Notes under the pieces: generated by a model | The model's database searches: none | Told to the model about the DNA's origin: nothing | The model's input: the letters and a program-made list of their open reading frames with translations, nothing else | Shown: in pieces, positions 61,049 to 64,000 of the stretch | Layout: each line of letters opens with the position of its first letter | Numbering within the stretch: the first letter of the stretch is position 1 | NCBI GenBank assembly: GCA_965153455.1 | Contig: OZ234494.1 | Location: forward strand, 2,294,001 to 2,358,000 | Length of the DNA: 64,000 nucleotides | DNA from: Sphagnum compactum | Lineage: Eukaryota | Reading direction: 5' to 3' | Made by a program: the position numbers and the translations under genes

Positions 61049-64000
61049 ACTTTCTTTCCATTTGGGCTCTTGTTATTTTATTTTCTGTTGTGTACATCTG
61101 ATTCGTATCTAGTGATCAGACCTCAGCAACATGTGGGTCACACTCTCTGTCCTTGAACAGTTTCCACACAAATTGCTACTGTGGATTTGTGCATATTTGT
61201 GGGACTTGGAGTAGGTGCTTGTTAAATGGACAAATATACTAGGTGATAGTTTCTTGGGTTTTTCTTTTTCTTTTGTGGTGCTGACTTCCTGGTTAGGTGA
61301 ACCAGATATGACACTCTAATATTCTAGAATCTAATTCTTTTGAACTCATGTGCAATTACGATATCGCCCCAGGCTGTAATGCTATAACAGATTTCAGATT
61401 TCAAATAACAAAAACCCTTGACCCACATCATCAGAGTGACTGAAATTGTGCCCATGAGGAGATATGGGTCCACCGCTGAATCCCTCCTTTGGGTCAGAGT
61501 TTGAGTCACCGTGGCAAGTTTTGCCTTTTGGGGATTGTCCAAGGTCTTCCAAGGTCTTCTACAAGCAACCGCTTTGTCTTATTTGGTCAACCTTGGATTT
61601 TTCTTTTGGTTTTGTCAGGTCACTAGGTATCGGTTTCTTATGATTTCCTTGGATTTAGCACACATAGAGATTTACTAGTGTGTTTGGAGGGTATCTTACA
61701 TGCATTGATAATGACTCCTCAAAAATGGGTTGCACCTTGTCTACCTACTAGAGGTGTCTTGTTAGCTGTGAAGTTCCTCTTGCGCCGACTGCTTTGCAAT
61801 CCATGTATGCATAGGGTTATGAGAACATATGCCTTGATGATGAGTGGACATTCCTGAAATGCAGGGGCAGACTTAATTTACAACTGGACTTGGCTACTGC
61901 CTTGTTCAAAGTTCTAAGCCCCTTATTTCTTGAATGTCCCCCACCATTGCGCCTTCCCCTACACTTGAAAGCACTGGGAGAAATTTCATAGTGTATTTGG
62001 AAAGCACCTTATATCCATGAATAGTCCTCCTAGAAAAGAGGAGGGATCTTACACAGAAATAGGCGCAATGTCCCTCTCTCACTCTTAAGGAGTTGGTGTA
62101 ACCCTAAACCCTAAATTTTGCTCTAGCCTTTTTTTTTCGGGGGTCATTTCGTATGTTAATTGTGGTAGAGTCACTATTGTCAAGAAAGAACACACAAGAA
62201 AATAAAGAATGGAGAGTGAATTGATTTTTTTAAATTATGAAAACATTAAGGCATATGTTTCAAGATTCATTAGATGGCTTTTGTTACTCTCTAGAAATAG
62301 ACAAGCTCATTTGCACATATATAAGTTTTAGTTATATAATTTGGATTTACATCCATTCAGTATTTAGCAACAACTAGGTATTTTTATCGATTATGTGCCT
62401 AAATAGACAAATTATTATTTTAATTATCATTGATCTGGTGATAGAGCAATGGATATCTATAGTGAGATTGTTGTGATAATATGGTATGCTTTGCATAAGC
62501 AAAACTAGACAAAGATTCTCGATATGTTGGTTCAAGAGTGTCTTCCTAACCAATAATGGTCACATTTTCAAAAAGTTGGAACATATTATTCTATAAGGAA
62601 AAGCTATGAGTCCAAATTGCAATTACTTGGGTGTAGTTGTTGGAGATAGTTCACATATAGAGTTTAGTAAGTGTTGAGTGGAAGGATGGAGGGATACAAA
62701 GAGCTTTATATGAAACTCCAAATCTAAGAGAAAACCTTCTCACACAAGATCTTTCAATTGTTTATGATAGTACCTCTTCTAGACCTTATGCAAATACATT
62801 GAGGGAGAGGTTGGCTTTAAGCAAAAATGAAAAACACCATTGCACATTTAGTGTAACAAAATTCCAAATCTCAACAACATTCAAAAGTTTGGTTGTAACA
62901 CTTTTGTTCATGTGCTTATAGTGTTCACTTGTAACCAAGAAGGAGCTTAAGAGTTTTATTTCCTAGATGGATAGTCATGACAACTATAAGATGCACCAAT
63001 TATGCAAAATCCATCTATTGCACCAATTCACAAACCCATTGCATTCCCTCATATCTAACCTTCAACATATCTATTAGTTCTTGGTGTTATCCTTCATTTG
63101 AGTAAACCTACCCACATTGGGTTGCAAAGAAGGCAATGTGTAGTGGAAATTTTATGAACCACTCCTCTTAACCGTAGCCTAAGGCTTGACTTGAGAATTA
63201 TTTATCTTCCTATTGAATCTTAAGAAACCAACATTAACATTAGGAGTACGTCCATTTTTAAAAAAATAGAAAAACAAACCTAGAGCCATCACAAACACAC
63301 ACACATGCCTTAGTTATTCATTACTCAAACCTTATTACATGTTCCTTCTTGTATAGATTCATGTCCAACCCTCCATTGATACTCTACAAAAATGGCTATA
63401 TCATGCCCAATCCATCAACCCTAAACTATTATGCTACTTCTCTAAAAACATGTGTTCTTCCAAATCTCCACACAATTGGCTAAATTGTGTCCAACTTCTA
63501 GCACCAAAAATACTCCATTCTACTTAAAACTACGTATCTCAAGTTTTCTCCACACCCACCTTCTTCGACGTGCTTCCTTTTTTCATTTTTCACACCCACA
63601 ATCCAAAAGTTTTTTCAACAAGCTTGCATGCATTCATTAATTTCCATCATCGAACATGGATTCCACACCATAAAATTCTCCAAAACATTCCAAAAACAAT
63701 AATAAAAAATAAAATTTATCTATGGGACAATCTCTTTAACCCAATTTTCAAAGAATAAATTGCAAACTTACTTTGGTGTTACATAGATAAATTAATACGC
63801 CCTTGAATACCTATTAAGTGTAATAAAAGGTATTAAGTGGTTATGAATGGCAAGAAAGTAAAATAATCATTATTTGTAACATCTACAAAAATGATGACCC
63901 ACATGGAGGGAATGTTTTCCATCAACTGTATTCATGTTTTTTAAAATAAAACTAACGAGACACCTTATGTGTCAACTAGTGCGTTGTATTTACGTAACTA

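Noticed and set aside
62150..64000. Further TE coding remnant
   Set aside because: AT-rich and TE-like, but no motif could be read with confidence.

Overview
Eukaryotic nuclear DNA from a land plant, with spliceosomal introns and telo-boxes. The H3 residues and repeat families suggest a moss, probably Sphagnum-like (inference). Four intact protein genes can be built exon by exon: LSM6 (minus, 3 exons, 91 aa), a 394-aa acidic E/P/T/A-rich disordered protein (plus, 4 coding exons), an intronless histone H3 (minus) and a PRONE-domain RopGEF (plus, 8 exons, about 608 aa). There is also an intron-retaining phototropin kinase-domain pseudogene. Head-to-head with LSM6 lies a non-coding unit carrying a candidate snoRNA cluster: one C/D guide matching the snR39B/SNORD2 25S target and at least two H/ACA-shaped RNAs. 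About 30 kb of intergenic DNA is nested, decayed transposons (solo LTRs with TSDs, a Ty3/gypsy remnant interrupted by a TIR element, a CACTA-type element, hAT transposase relics, copia gag, MITEs), plus a small ndhF-like plastid insertion. The most notable unexplained structures are a near-perfect 103-nt intronic hairpin in RopGEF, a uORF whose stop overlaps the RopGEF start (AUGA), and a palindrome-rich ~100-bp tandem repeat at 49 kb. All matches to known families are from memory; no searches were run.
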